DNA of 64,000 nucleotides, taken from positions 1 to 64,000 of the forward strand of contig JYFJ02001668.1 in the NCBI GenBank assembly GCA_000934665.2. Reading direction: 5' to 3'. Each line of letters starts with the position of its first letter. The stretch's first letter is position 1. The position numbers were made by a program, and so were the translations under genes. Below, in pieces: positions 25,713 through 40,700 of the stretch. The notes below the pieces were generated by a model that saw only the letters and a program-made list of their open reading frames with translations, had not been told where the DNA came from and searched no databases. This stretch comes from Catajapyx aquilonaris. Lineage: Eukaryota.

Positions 25713-28700
25713 TCCCTCACCACCACCACCCACACTTCTCTTACTCTGCTTTGCTTTCAGACTCCATTTCCCTTGATGGAATTGGTGGGAAGAAGACGGG
25801 GGTAAGGGTAGAGTTGAAGGAAAAGCCGGCAAGCCTGGTTACACTGCACGCTTCAGGAAGCCTTTCAGTGCTTTTGCTGGCAGACTGGAGTATGTGGAGG
25901 AGGCCACAGATCTGCTCTATCTACCTATAGCGCACTTTTGCCTCAAATCCAGTTGGTCGAATTACGTTCGGAATGTGTCGGAGCAATATTTAGTCCCTTT
26001 TGGTCCGGCCATATATGCTGCATTTCGCAGCATGAGGATTTGTTGACGGAGGTCTGGCCAACTCTGTAACCTCGGTATAGTGTATGCGGTTTGTGTCAAA
26101 GGCGCCTGCTTTTATGCTCAGAATGAATCTGTCTTCCACATTGAGGTGGCTGTACAGCGCCTCAGAAACTCAAGCTTCAGACGCGGTTGCATTCAGTAGA
26201 CTCCAATGTGGTGTTTCAACATGTGGATGTTGAATTCCCCACGGTCTGCATGATTATGCAGATCCAGTGAATCATGCCAAATTACACTAACCATTGACAT
26301 TGTTCATATACATTAACACTAGTAGTTTCCAAGTGAATATTAAGGAATCTGGATCATTACAAGTTCAACTGACATGTAATGGGCATACACGTGAGTTATG
26401 TACACAACTAAATAGCACTTTCTGCTCACCTGGTGAAGTCCATTTAGTCCTAAATGATGAGCCAGCAAGACAGAGTTTTCTCTCTTCATAAGCATGTAAA
26501 CAAGTGCAAATTCTTGGATCATCACAAAACCCATGGATTCACCTTATGAATATGCATGAATCATATTTGTCCAGCAGTCCAGATGAGACCAATAACCAAG
26601 AGGGGGTCACAGCATGACCTTCGAGCATAAGCAAGTGGCTCCCTCCAGAGTATTTGCACACCGAGAGCAAATTCCGCAATCGGCAAGGAAAGTTCAATCA
26701 GCGGGCAAGGAACTGTAATGACGCTTGTGACAGGGAAAGGGAAAAGAGATAAGTGGGGCATTATGCGCATCAGAAGGGCCACATTACTCAGCCGAGTGAT
26801 ATTAATGGCAGGCGGGAGAGAGATTCTGCCTGCACGAACAAGTAGCCTCTCCATTCAAAGCCAGGCTGAAAAGCCTTTTCCTGGGCGAGCTCTCCATTCT
26901 TACTTGAACATAATCAGGGTCCTGAAGCGTGAATGCAGTGCGTGTGAATTAATTGTACAGAAGCGATTATCACAGTCTGAGGGTTTTCTGAAGGATTTAT
27001 CGGCTTCAAATTGGGGAACGAGCCCCGTCTCTCTTGATTTCAAATTGGATCCTGTTGGCCGTTAAAGAGGAGAATGAATGGGGGGAGGAAGGGAAGGGGG
27101 GGGGGGGGTGGCNGTGGCACCTTTCTAGTCCGGAATCAAACTCCAGGGCCGGATCCTAGGGTGTAAGTAAATGCGGCTTAGTCGAAGTGGAATATATAGA
27201 AAAAAAGGGGGTGGGGAGGACATTGCATTTGAGCCATCGAATGAGGCCAAACGCGTGTGACGTTTCCCGATTGTGAATGTGGTTTCCTCTCCCGAGATTT
27301 AAATCGCGTTTCCCACGTCGACGGATTGCCACGATTAAGCTTTTAATTTCTGCTTTCCAAATATTTGCCGACGGAATTACCGTGCTGATAATCTCCCTGA
27401 ATTCTTCCAATATTTGAAGAGGTAATTTTGTATTTACACTCCTGCGCCATCTTCGTATTCTGACCTNCCCCCCCCCTTTGCTTTCCAACTCCTTATCTCC
27501 TCTGGTTTGAGAAAGCTTGCTGATAAATTGGCGCAAGACGCGGGAGGGAAAGTTTGCGTTATCCGATTAATTTGCCACTTCCCAAGCCGACTAATAGCAT
27601 TCATTCGATTTAAATCAATCCGAGTGCGCACTATCAGAATCCAACCTTGTTTATGTGGCATGCTTGCATTTCCATGAAGGAGAAAACAAACGGCCAATTT
27701 CGACCAGGATCTTGGCAAGAAGCCTGCCAGAGATAAATCGCACAGGAAAAGGCGTCGGCCTTAATCGCCACTCTTTAACCTCAGATTACAGACATGTGGA
27801 AATGATGCCTGCGCGGATGACTTGAAAGAATAGAGAAAAAAAATCAGAATTATACGAACGAGAGAATAATCTCAGCTTATATATGCTATTCAACAGGCCC
27901 TAGGCAGAATGAGGCGGGCAAGGTCTATTGTTCAGCTAGCGGCGCTTCATAAGAAGATAAGAGCTAGCTCCAGGGCCCTCGACCCACCCTTACCGTTATC
28001 TCCAGGCGCTAAAGCCGGAATTAAATGCGCCAATTAGCCATCATGACCAGTTGGTGGGGAAATTATACATGATGAGTGTGTACGACTATGGTGGACGAAA
28101 GGTGGAGTTGCGCGCTCAACTTTTGTAAATAGATGCAGTAAATTCTGGGCTCTGGAATGCGAGGGCACTGCTTTTGACAAATTATCGTTTAGGGAAATCG
28201 ATAAATTATCTAGTGGATGTCGCACACTTTTTGTGCGGTGCTCGGGCTTGTGCGCCTAACAACTCTGCTTCAGGTGGCTCAAAAGAGCCAATTGGGTTGC
28301 AGCGCCACTCAGGATAACGGATGGCTGCAGGATATTACCGTGTCACACTATTCCATGGAAATCGCAGAAAATGTTCATGAAACTCTCTCCACCAAAAACC
28401 CCTGAATATTGCACAATGCGGTAAATACTCTGGTTTTGATTGAGTTGGTTATTACAATGTGCATCCACCAGACATTCTGTTCGATTGCACAACAAATCGA
28501 GCTTGCTATGATAACTTATGAATGCGTTAAAACACCTCGATGCAATCCAGCCGCGTGTTATGTACACATGAGACGCCTGGAATTCAGCGTATAAAGGGTG
28601 TAACTACCCAAATTGCCCCCCCCCCCTTTTGGATCAAACCGAACACTTGCAGCCATCCACATTTGCAAGAACTCGTTGATCTCTCTTAATCCCATTGTTA

Positions 28701-31700
28701 TAACACATTAGCAGTTATTTCGCACGGCTGTGCAGACAGTAATTTTCTGTTTCTGTTCAACACTAATGCTATAGTTACCAGAACTCTCATAAGCACACAT
28801 TTCACGACGACCCCTTTTCACGTCCAAATGTTAAGAATGGGCCTCCACAGACCTTTTATCCCCTTGGTGCGTTGCACTCCACACTTAGCAATCACAGTAA
28901 ATCCCACCACAGTCGTAGATTCTACTTCATTAATTTAATCACAACGTATCTATAAATCTCTCCCTACCCTTGCAAGACCCCCCCCCCCCTTTCTTTTCTT
29001 TCGTCATCTCTCTTTGGAGCGTGCCGTGCAATAACATCCTGCTTATGTGGGCCAGAGAAAATCCAGGGTCGTTCCCTTCCCCCAGTTCGGAACCGCCTCC
29101 GAAAACTTTTGTCCGGCCATAGTTTCAGTAATCGGTCCAATATGGCGGAGTACGCAGGACCTCCAGAGAGGGCAATGGAATCTCGGCCACATGCCCACTA
29201 TATGTGGCCATCGCACGCCATGTGGTGGCCAGCTTGTGGTCTCAGCGCTTGTACATGTCCTAGAAAGGGGGTGGGGGATTTATACTTTTTTCTCTCTCTA
29301 GCTCTCTCTCTCTCTCTACCCATGTCGCTGGGAGGAACCTATTGTACAATTCCAACCGCAACACCTGCTCTCGGAAATGATTGCCATGGAATGTTTCCGT
29401 AGTGGGGCAGTGGAGAGGGGGGGGGGAGGGGAATGCTTTATGGCAACTTTTTTCGGGGCATCGGGATTCATTTTTGACTATTCTCGAACTCGGATGCAGG
29501 CTGTTGCTTCCTGACCTTTTGTTTAGGGGGGTACTGGTTCATTTCCATCAAATGCAAAAACCTGTAGGTGTTTTAGTTTGCACGATTTTTTGCAAATGTA
29601 AATAAAAGTGACCTCTTTTCCTTGCGGCCGCTCAATTGCCCACTGGCATGACGAGGGTAAAACTTCAAATAAAATTGGAGAAGTCAGTCCATGCAGAACT
29701 GTCCCATTGAATTTAGCACGAATTATGCACCCAGCTACATGGCGTCAAATCAATGCGACAACTTTGCATGACCTGAGTTGTAATTAATTTGCAATTAAAT
29801 GAATACTTCATAGGGCGGCTGTGGTAATATACTGTACACTTGTGTATAATGTAGGCTGCCTTTGAGAATATGAAGGCATCTTACTGAGGGCTGCAGGCAT
29901 GCATGTATGACTTTTAAATAATAATGAAGCAAAATGGTAAAACCTATAAGCCAGTACCAGGCTCTGTTCCTTGGGTCGTCAATGTAAACATGTATTCACT
30001 GCTTTAGTCCCGATGTGCACTAAAATGAGCCCAGTGTGGCACAAATTAGTCATTGTTTATAGCCAAACCCCTTCCCCATCTTTTATTAATCTTCCACCCG
30101 AACAATTTTACAACACTGATGACTTTTCCTAATTAAGGAACGTTTCACAAGCTACTAACAATACCCGGAAAGTCTACTTGGACCCCCCCAGTATTTCACC
30201 TTATTTAAGCATACCTTCCTAAAGAGGCAATAGAATAATAATTGATGCCAGCCATAGTACACCTTCACCCCAGTCACATTTTCAGGGATTGTGCTAATGT
30301 CGTCCACGAGAAAGGAGCAGACCAAAAAAAAACTTCATCTGGTCTCATTTACGAAGCTCCGGAATGCGAAATATGCGTCAAGTACGACCTGGAATGTGCA
30401 TTATAATTTATAATGCGCATTCCAGAGCCCAAGTGCCATATGGTCCACATTCCAGCGTCATTTGTCCGTCCCTTTCTTTTGTCGGCGACAGTACCTCTCT
30501 TCTGCAAGTATATGAAATTGCACATAAGTTATAGACCATATCCCTTCAAAAAAAATGAAACAATGCATCCACCGAACCTAAAAACCCATATGGAACGTAG
30601 CAGCCGTCCAAAAATTAATAAATCACACATGAATACCTTTCGTCCAAGGCAGCCCTGAACTCAATGTCTGACAAATTGAGCCCTCGCTCTTTTTTTTGTG
30701 AGTCTTAATTGCAGCAATTAGCCCCCGCTGACCTTCTCTTTGTCCTGAGACTGCAATCGACTCTATAGTACGTGCTCGAAAGCGGCGCGAAAGAAGATGG
30801 CGGCAATAGATTCCAGTGCCTTGGAACCACAATTAACGCTAGGAGAAGAGGGGCGGGCAGGGAGAGAGGAGGGAGTGCGGAAAGGCAGGAGATTGCACGG
30901 GTTTGAGCCAGGCTGACTATAGTACTTTACTAGCACAGAAGCCCGATGGAGCTCCCCGATTCCTTCTCAATCGATAGCTCGCCAAATTCCCTGCCTCCCA
31001 TGAAAATGTGGAGCTTTTCTCTTCCCGTCCCGCAATTAATCCTTGACAAAAGTCTAGGAGGTAGCCGAGGTGCGTTGACCCCTTCAAGGTGTTGCGATTA
31101 CAGCCTGTACCGCGTTGCCTTTGGAGCCCCCCCCCGGACTCAACTCAAGTTCCGAATAGCAATTGAAACGCAATTAATGGCACTGAAGGCGTTGGAGATG
31201 TCCAGCTGCGCGGTTTATTCTGGTTGCGACGTGATATTAACCCCTGGTGATTCGAAGTGAATGCTTTTGTCACAAAATTGTAGCTGCACAACACTGTACA
31301 ATTGCGAATTTCGAGCCATTTAAAAGGTGACAAAAAATGTCGCGGTTTTTTCTGTCACGTGACGTTTTTCTATCGCTTTCTAACAACGTCATTGGTGCCA
31401 TATGCACATTAGCAATTTGGCCTCAATCGTGTGACTTGTGAATATCCTGGGCTAATAATAGCAGCAAGTTCACCCTGAAAAATGGATCAGCGTAACCCCG
31501 GTGTTTTAGGGGCTAACTCCTTTCCATCCGAGTCACAACTTAACCTCCGAAAGATGTCTGACACCAAACTAGAGTCGAGAGACTGCCAGGGTGCTAATTA
31601 GCAGCTTCTCAAAGCGGCCCCCTAATGATGTAATTTTGAAGCTTGGGAAGTGGCAGGGGAGAGAGAAGGGGGGCGGAGCCGGGGAGGAAAGAAGGAGAGA

Positions 31701-34700
31701 GCCGAGGAAAGGAAGGAAGCGGGACGGTGAAGTCCACATCATTACCGGCAAGCCTATCCTGTCATTAATGTTTGATACCACCGACCAAACGCGCAACTTG
31801 GCCCTTACAAAACTTTCAGATATCAACAGTCTACCCTGTCAGGAGGGCGCCTCCCAATTTACTAGCTGATAAGAAGATTAATTAGGAAACAGCCACTTTG
31901 GTAATCATTATCGGTTACATGCCTGCTTCCCCACCCCCCCCTGTTTCGAAAAAAACGGAGCTTGCCAAGTAATTTATCGTCTCCAACGCAATCAGGTTGA
32001 CAAGCACTGAACATCTCCTATCGCTGAAATTAAACTGCCAGTGTTTACAGCCATTTGTTGTTCTTCCGGGCCTCCCTGCTGGCCAAAGTAAGACAAATTG
32101 TGTGATGCTCTAATGTATTGAAATATACGGTCCCCTGTTATGATTGACGGTGTGAAATAAATGATGACGTCATAAGGCAGGCACGACCGACTTTTACACG
32201 CTCTCTTTCACCGGAGCCGAAATTTGCAAATCTTGATAAGCCAACTTGCTGCGAGAGCACGATTCGCACTTCACTCTCGTATCCGGAAAGGAAAAACCAA
32301 TATCTAAGGAATCTAAAGCAAAGTTATTAAAAAATCAGTGGCTCACAGTTGGTTTCAAAGTGGAAATTACAATCGATATATCCCTAAAAGCCAATATGAC
32401 GGTCTCGCGAGTATTGGAGCCCCGGTAAGTGACGGTCTGTGGGAACCATTTTCGAAGCAATCAGAAAGCCAAGGAGTTTCAACCGAAAAAATGGCGGAAT
32501 AAAAAAAAATTATTCGAAGAAAATTAAACTGCCAATTATCTGGTAGCTAAGAGTGTAGCGGGGTTTACGTAGGACCGGCAGTGACAGGGCGCAAATTATT
32601 GCTGCCATTACCTCCTGCTCGTTGCACAAACTGAGACAAAGTCGAGTAACCCACTCCTCCTGCCTGTACTTTCAAATCTAGACCCGAGGCTTCGGCGAAA
32701 ACCTCTCACGCACGTTCATTACTGTAATCGAAAGGCTGTTAGCAAGAGAACCTGGGTTAAAATCTCATTACCAGAAGGAGTCTCATGCAGACCTCACATT
32801 GCCAGGAACTGCGACTCTCGTCCTGCTTCCAAACCTCTGTAACACACCACTCTTCCGAATTACGCTCAACCTAAAAAAAAATAAACAAAACTTGAAAAAA
32901 GGACCAGGGAGGTTGTAAAGAACTCGGGGAATCCCCAAACTCAGGAGTTGCTTCTCGGAAAGAATAGAACAATAAAAGTTACCGAAAGCAATCGTAACAC
33001 TGAGAACTTGTCCGGAGGCAGAGTAGAAAAGAGGATTTCAATGCAATAGGTGCCGTAACTTTTGAGCATTGCTACTACGGCTTTCGATATATATAGGAGG
33101 ATTCAAACTTTTTTTATTCCTACTTTTTTTCCTAGTGTTATCAGCATTTTTGTTGCAATACGGTAATTCTCATTCCTGCGCTTGTTGGCGACAAGTTAAC
33201 ATGGAAACAGCGCACTCATTTCCAGACTTGTCCGAATCGAGGTCCACGCCAGATGATTTATCGGCAAAAAAAGAAGAAAAAAATATATACCCAGTCCGGT
33301 TCGATAATATCGGCTTTACGGTACGAGGCTTTGATCTAGTCGGACATACTAGATCAAGACAAAAGTGATGCATGAACAGAAAACACGAAAAAACAATTCG
33401 AATTTCCTGACCGGATATAACTTGATTATTTAATGCTTCGACGCACAGGTGGGGCCACTATCCATAACTGTCATTGCGTCACGCCACCTGACCTCAGGCG
33501 CGAAAACATCATTATTGGCGCCATGTTGTTAATTCGCCCTGGGTAAGAACCGGCTATAAACTCCCCTTCTGTGGTCAAAGGACCGGTTTTATTAGAGATG
33601 GAGCGAGAAAGCAAAATTGTAGAGGGGGTAAAAAAGAGATGGGGAGAGGGGGGGGGGGGTGCACCTTACACATTTCGAGTCCCGGATCGAGCGGAAATAA
33701 AACCGGGCGCCTGGTCCCCACAGGCGGGCCTTTTGGTTCCGGGAACTGGTCTCCCCTACGAGAAACAACCATTACCACATTAATTAATTAGCCAGTTGGG
33801 ATCGTAATTAGAAATGCGTTAAAATTAGCAGCGGAAAAGTGGGAGTTGGGGGAGCACCCAGCGTGTGCATCAGAATTACTATGGAAGGGGGCTTGCTCAG
33901 GGAATGACTTTTTGCACAGCTTGCTGCTGGGGGTACAGTCCGGCTAATATTCGTGCCAGCACATTTCTTGCAATTATTCGAATCAATCATGCAAGAGCTG
34001 AAAAAACTGGGTCTAGTGAGGTGTATAGTGGAGAATCCGCGTTGTAATTAATGCCTTCCCAATACTAACGACATAGCAGCAGGACATTGCGAGTAATTCG
34101 CTGACGGCTGGTAGCAGATATATCATCCTTTTGTTGCGACGAGGGGGGTTCCCGCAGAACTTATTTTCCGACTGGAATCCCATTCCAACAAGTAAAGTCC
34201 CCCCGCGATTCCTGGGCAAGATGTCAAGATGCTGCTATCCAGCCCATTTTCTGCCAAGTCACAGAATGAAATTTGAAACGTGTAATCTAGCAAGAGGAGA
34301 CTGGTCGTAACGGCGAGATTAATATTCTCTGGATAAATAGCGGGTGTAAAATCCCGACCTACTTAACGCTGCACTGGAAGCTCAAACTCAGCATTTGAAA
34401 TAAACTCGCTTGGAAAATATTGACGGCTTTTTTGTTGGGGATAAGACATGTCGAGAGGGGTCAATTATTTTTCATACGAGATGAAGCATATTCTTTCTCC
34501 TCTAAAAGTAATACTCCAGTGTCGGGTGTCAGGAAAAGTTGCCAATATTTTCTGACGAATGCACGTTTACTCGGGTCTTTTGCGCCGGAGTAAGTGCTCA
34601 TTTCTCAGAATTCATAGAGTCCATTGGGTCTTGATGTATACAACCATTAGGCACACTTTCGCACTAGAAATTTAATGTAGTGGACAAATTTTATTACTGA

Positions 34701-37700
34701 CTTCCACAGAACAGTTTTCAGTTCGTTAGCAAAAGGTATTAGAGCATCCAAATACATTTGGTTTTGAGTATATCACCCTAATGTGCCTGGTGTACTGTAC
34801 CTGCATTCATGCTGTGTTATCAGAATTGGGCGCAGTGTGTATTACATGGTATACTTTTTATGTATAGGCCTATAGGGAAAGAGAAAATAACATAAACAGA
34901 GAAATCACCTGTGAGTAATGAAACCAGAATGAGCCTCTTGAGTAAACCCAACACATGTTCTACTTATCAAATGAATAAAGAGCCTAATGGACTTTTAGAG
35001 GCTTCCCAAAAAAGGAAACACTCTGTCACGACATGATTACATGAAGAATATTTTAACTGCATCACTTTTTATTAACGTGTACAAAAGATAATACAGTTGT
35101 TGTTATTATTGACGTGAATGATCTAAAATTTATTATTTATTTACTTTTATTAGGTTTTGGAATAAGAATGTCAGATATGGTTTTTTGATAGTAACATCAG
35201 CATATCACCCATATATGAAACATCTCCCCTCGATAATAAAAAATGATAATTGCGAAATAAAAATAAATAATAAAAATGCCTCCTTTGCGGTGTAAAATTA
35301 TAACGATTTTTTTTTATTTTTAAGATTTGATGCATTGGTGCTACTATGAGGGTCCAAATCACTTTTTCTTACATCCGAATTAGATGAACATATTCTTTTG
35401 GTGTCCAAAACGCGCACGCGCCGAAAGGTTTCCTTGTTCGTATGATCACGTTAACTCCCAGCCTTTAGCGTGCCTAAGGCGGAAACTCCCTAATATCAAG
35501 CTCGACTATGCAATTTATTGAACATTTTGTATTTACATGCTCGAATCTACCCCGATTCTGGTTGTTTTACTATACACAACAGGAATCTCTACGCTTGAGA
35601 CCCAAAATGCGAATGGAACGGTGGGAATCCCAGCGTCATACTGCAAATGTATTCCAACTGAAGCTCACCGCTATGTAAATGCCATTCCGCATTTGGAGTC
35701 GAAAAATAAAGGAACGCCTGCAGCAGTCTTTCTCCCCACCACCACCAACCCCTCCCCCCTCTTTTGGCGTAATTTCCTTCTCCAAGTCTTACTAAAGGAG
35801 AGAGGGGAGCAAAGGGTAAAGAGAGAGAGAGAGAACGCTGGAATTCCTCCTTTTCTCTCTCCCCCACTTTCCTCTCCTTCCCCCTCATCCCAACTTTACC
35901 CCGTCGCAGTGCTCCCTCACAGCCGCCGATATTCCGACGGATTCCCACACTAACAGCCTCTTTCCAAGTCGAGACGAGATAAGGAATAAGAACAATCCGG
36001 GCGTTTCAGCCTGAGGGATACCAGTATTTTGGCACTTAGCTTTCATACTATGTTGCCAACACCCTACCTTAGAAACTTGCGCCCGCCCTCTTTTTGCTGA
36101 ACCTTGAATAGTGTTCAAGCATTTGGGGTGTTTATCCTGCTTAGAAATTAGGACTCCTTCTGGTATGAAATGTTGGTATTGCAGTTTAGCGAAAACAACA
36201 AGGTAGGTCCATTTTTGTGGTACTATACGACCAGGCTGTTTTTATCCAACATTTTCACTATGTAGAGGCCAGGCTCGTTTGACATCCTATCCAATTGTTG
36301 TCCACTTGGACATTGCAGTAGGATTTATAACATCCTGGTCGTACAGTATATGCCATAACACTGTTCAACATTAAGCCTCCTGGGCTCGGAAACTCTGTAT
36401 AGGTAAGCCTATTTCAGCAAGGTAAAGCAGGGTAATTTGAAAAGGTTTGGTGTGTTCACGTCACTGATCCAAAATTACACCCCTGTGACGTTCTCCGCAA
36501 CCAAACACTAAACAATGAGGAATGTCCCAATGACACTCGTATTTGGGCCTCTAATTAATGGCCACAGCCGGGGAATCTGCCTTTCGTGATCTGCTGATAA
36601 CAAACGCCACGCTGGCATTAATCAGCGAGCAAGCTCCCCCCCCCCCTCAGAGCATTGTTGCATCCCGCACTAATGACTACACCCTGGCACTGCTTGCAAA
36701 TGTATTCTGTGCCATGAATAATACAAAAAAGTCCACACTTACCTTCAAGTCAACTCGCTGATTAGCAGCACCTGCCACGGAAGGGTAAAATCTCCTTTCA
36801 GGAAGCCTTTGTTGGAAATTCTGGTAGCGTTTCACATCTTGACAGCTAGGAAAGGAAGAGGCCAAAAAAGTTGAAAAAAGTAAAGCAATTTTCAAACCAT
36901 ACTTGCACGATATTACTCTAGGCGCCTCTGCCACATCATCAAGACTCCTCGAGAATCGTTATTCACGCTCCGTAATAGCAAAATATTGGAGCTGACGGAT
37001 CCACAGAGAAGGATGTGAGGGTTTTGCAGCCAGTTTAATGGATTTTTTTTTAACCCCCACCTCTTTTGCACTGCCATGAAACTTAAATTGCACCCACAAT
37101 GTAGGCTGAACGCCACCGTTTTTACCCTACCATGACATGGGCGAATATGTAAAACGATGCAATTGCTTGGATTTCAATTTTGAAAGACGGAAATTGCACA
37201 CATACACTGGGGGTTAGAAAAAAAAATCTAGGCTGTCCTGTATGTTTTTTTGCTAGGGTTCTGGCACCCTGTTAGCGTTGGTGGGGTTTGGCACAGGCCC
37301 CCTTTTAATTAACGCGCGTTTCTACCTCCCATGGACGGAGGTTGGGAATGAGAGGGGCCAAGCCCGGTTGGAAATCGCCGGATTGGGCTCCTTCCAAATC
37401 CCCTGACATTCACCCTGGCAAGTCTCATGCCAATGTCAAAATAAATCCCCGACTTTCGAACCGAGAGGCTAGGAGGGGGTGGCCCAAATTAATTACAAAG
37501 GTATAAGTGACTTACGCCTTTCCTTTACGACAGACGTTTTAAAGAAATCCCGACTCCGGATATTTATTCCGACAGAATTTCATTAAATCAGGGGAACGAA
37601 TCCTGTTGTGTGCTACGGATCCGGAAAGGTTATGAAACAAGTTGCCTCCTGGGGTAGAATGGAATTTCTTAATTAAGGAAAACATTTGCATCCAAGGCCT

Positions 37701-40700
37701 CTGTAACAAATACCCACTTGAAATTTTCTTCCAGTATGTTGTGTAAAACTGATAGGCCCTACTACAGTATATTGTTCCGGCAGAAACAATTTTCCAGACT
37801 CGAGAACCTGAAATATCTTGCCGAAATAAGGCTGCTTTCTGAGCCACATATTTGGTTTTGTACCGTATATATACAGTTGTCAGGCTTCCTAAAAACTTTG
37901 CATAAACTTGATATGATGTAACAAGATAGTCATTAATCGCACTAAATCTTGTAATAAAATTCATTTCAGTGAATGTAGTGTCACATTACACAGCCCCTTT
38001 CTGAGAGATATCACTGATCGTTTCCAGGATTGTTACGGGAGAAATCAAAGGGCACAATGTATCAAGTAGAGAAGTGCATGTCAGGCTTTCTCCTGCAATA
38101 AATCCGGAGCGAAGGACGCAAAAGGAGAGTGATGCATGCCGGTACTCATTTGCTAATTAGTTCGAGATTAATGCGGCAACATCTCCTTGGGATAGGCCAA
38201 CCCTTCACTTGTGTGGACACAGTTTGCCAGCAGATGGTTGACGATGACTCGACCGAATTGCCTCCGGGCGTAAACATTCCTGGGGAGGAAGGAATACCGT
38301 ATTTCGCCCGAAACGAGACCATTTCTGCACTAACACGACACAGCCTTATCCAGGAAGTGCGATTTAAGCTTGCATCACTCACCGCTGGGAAACTCCAAAT
38401 CCTGATTGGAACTTTGTAAACAAGCTGGGTGTTGACCTTCCCCCCGGAAAATATTTGCTCCAAAGGTTACTTCGCCCTTTGTTCTAAGCCTAAAATAAGG
38501 AATATTCAAAGAAGAGAGCCGTTGGAGGAAGGGCGTGTCAAAACAGAAAAGATGGCTGCCGTCGCGCGCCCCGGAGTGTAATAGCATCCAACACAATGAC
38601 CCCCAGAGCAAAAAGAACGAGGGCCACTTCTGAAAGGAAGGCCAGTGCCAAAGATGGATGGGAAGGGAAGATGGGGAGGAAATATGGAGGAATGAAGGCG
38701 CCACCGGCGCCAGAAGTAGTTCCTGCCTATACATCAGAATGGAAGGCCGTCACTCACTCAGCCCTGTCCAAAGACGCCCATTCACCACTTCACTGTTGGG
38801 GACAATCCTGCCAATGGTCTTTCATTTCATTCCATTTTCCACTAGGCTTTTTTTCTTGTTGTTGGTGCAAAGGTAGCGAGCCAGTGAGCCAGCCAGCCGG
38901 CTTCACTTTGGCGCTTTGTAGGTAGGCCTACATGCCGCGAGTCCGTGCTTCCCATGCAGCAGGCAATGCAATAACCAGCTGCACCCAACCCACACCTTTG
39001 ATTCCAGCTCTGAACTGCCTCTTCATTCCGTTGCAGCGGCATCGCGCAATCTGGCCATTATTGCCCAGATGGGTGGGTCCTCCTCCAATTCGGTTCCAAA
39101 CGAATGACCTCCGCTTGCCACCGGTTACTGTCTCTTTATGGCCCATTCCAAGGAGCGTACAACCATTACACATAGAAAGGAAGTAGATTCCGAGGAGCCA
39201 GTTATTTGCAAATCGGGGTATTCGAATGGAGGTAACGGGGTGGTGTCGGCTGGGAGGGAAGGGGGAGCTGGGGGGTGGATATGGCCCATTCGGTATTAGT
39301 GTGCAGACACCAAAATCATTATCGAGGGCCTTGCCTGCTTCCTATAAAGCCCGGAAAGGCCTCGCTGTACTATTGGTCTCTGGAATAATAAAAAAATAAA
39401 GGGGGGGGGGGAAAAAGAAATAACCAAACTACCAGGGAGAATGGAGAAAAAAATCTGGAAACTTTGATGCGCTCCAGCGGGTGAGGCCTGACCTCGGGAA
39501 ATGAGAAGCCAAAAGTTTGGAATAAGAAAAGTTCCAAAGACCATGTTTCACATCGATGCGGAGTGTACGGTATATTATGGAAAAGGGTCGGGGAGAGAAG
39601 CTTACAAATGCAGGTGTAGATAACCGGGAATTGGTTAGAAATAGGGGTAGGCGACAAGTGCTTCGGGGGCCAACCGTACGAAACAGAAGGGGTCGGTTGT
39701 GACACAAGAGAGAGCCTTTGCAGACAGGAAATGGAGTTTTGCTGAAATGGGGCTTCCGTGAAGATAAGCGCCGTTCGAATTTCCCCGCAGTCCAATAGTC
39801 CGGCTTTTGGGGACCGGTTAATTTATTCCACTCGCGTATGGAGGCGTAAATTGAAGGAATTAAATTTCACACGAAGCTATAACCCGACCTAAATAATAAT
39901 AGCCTATACTAGCCCAGAGTACAAAAGCCCGTTACTGTTCATTGTATAAAACCGGCATGACCTAATCCATAATTTTGGACACAGACAAACCCGAGATTTT
40001 TCGGCCCATGGCGATACGGTATATTTACCATTGTGAACGTTTGATGAGGTCGACAACCGAGTAACACATTTAGTCAGTAAAGAGAGGAGTTTCCCGATTA
40101 ATTCCATCTGAGTCGTCGGCAGCCAACAAGCAAACTCCTTGTTCAATTAAGACTTGGCGCTTCCACTTTGCGGTTTTGCTCCGATTCCTTTGCAAGGACT
40201 CCAATGCTATTGTCGAGTTTCGATTCCGTTAAGCTCCAGATTTGTTTCCGAAATCAATCGTAAATACGAGCCCGCACCGTACCCATTACTTCCAATGATG
40301 GCTCTCATTACTACAGTTAATCTGACGTCAATGAAATTGCAACTCTCCGAAGGCCTTCCAAGAAGCTAATTAATGTGAGAAGCTCATAGGCACAGTTATA
40401 CGGTTAGGTTTTAGATGGGGGAGGGGAAGTTTGAGGTCTGCCGAAACGACCCAACCGGAGATGCTCGACAGGTCTTCAATAGGCACTACGAGCTGGAATC
40501 ATAGGTAATAAGGTACTAATATTCCAACCCAAAACTGTCTGACACACTTTCGAGAGGGAGGGTAGGGGGGTTCGTGTTTTATCAGCAAAATTAGCCTGGC
40601 GCGGATATGAAATTCAAAACGCACTGAGCCGATAAATCAAAACGGAACGAGTGAGTTATGGCTCGAGATGGGAAACGTTCCCGGTTCCGTACGTCTAAAC

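Noticed and set aside
27080..27477. Two N bases (27113 and 27467) beside G and C homopolymers
   Set aside because: Assembly or consensus ambiguity at homopolymers, not biology.
33069..33168. Hydrophobic ORF start followed by a phase-1 G|GTAATT; alternative signal-peptide exon
   Set aside because: No in-frame ATG (TTG start, with a stop at 33063), the hydrophobicity comes from T-runs, and the donor is weaker than the one at 10573.
33331..33357. 10-bp hairpin TTGATCTAGT-CGGACAT-ACTAGATCAA
   Set aside because: Too short for a pre-miRNA or element end, and there is no supporting context. Similar small hairpins occur at ~8183, ~19433 and ~52939.
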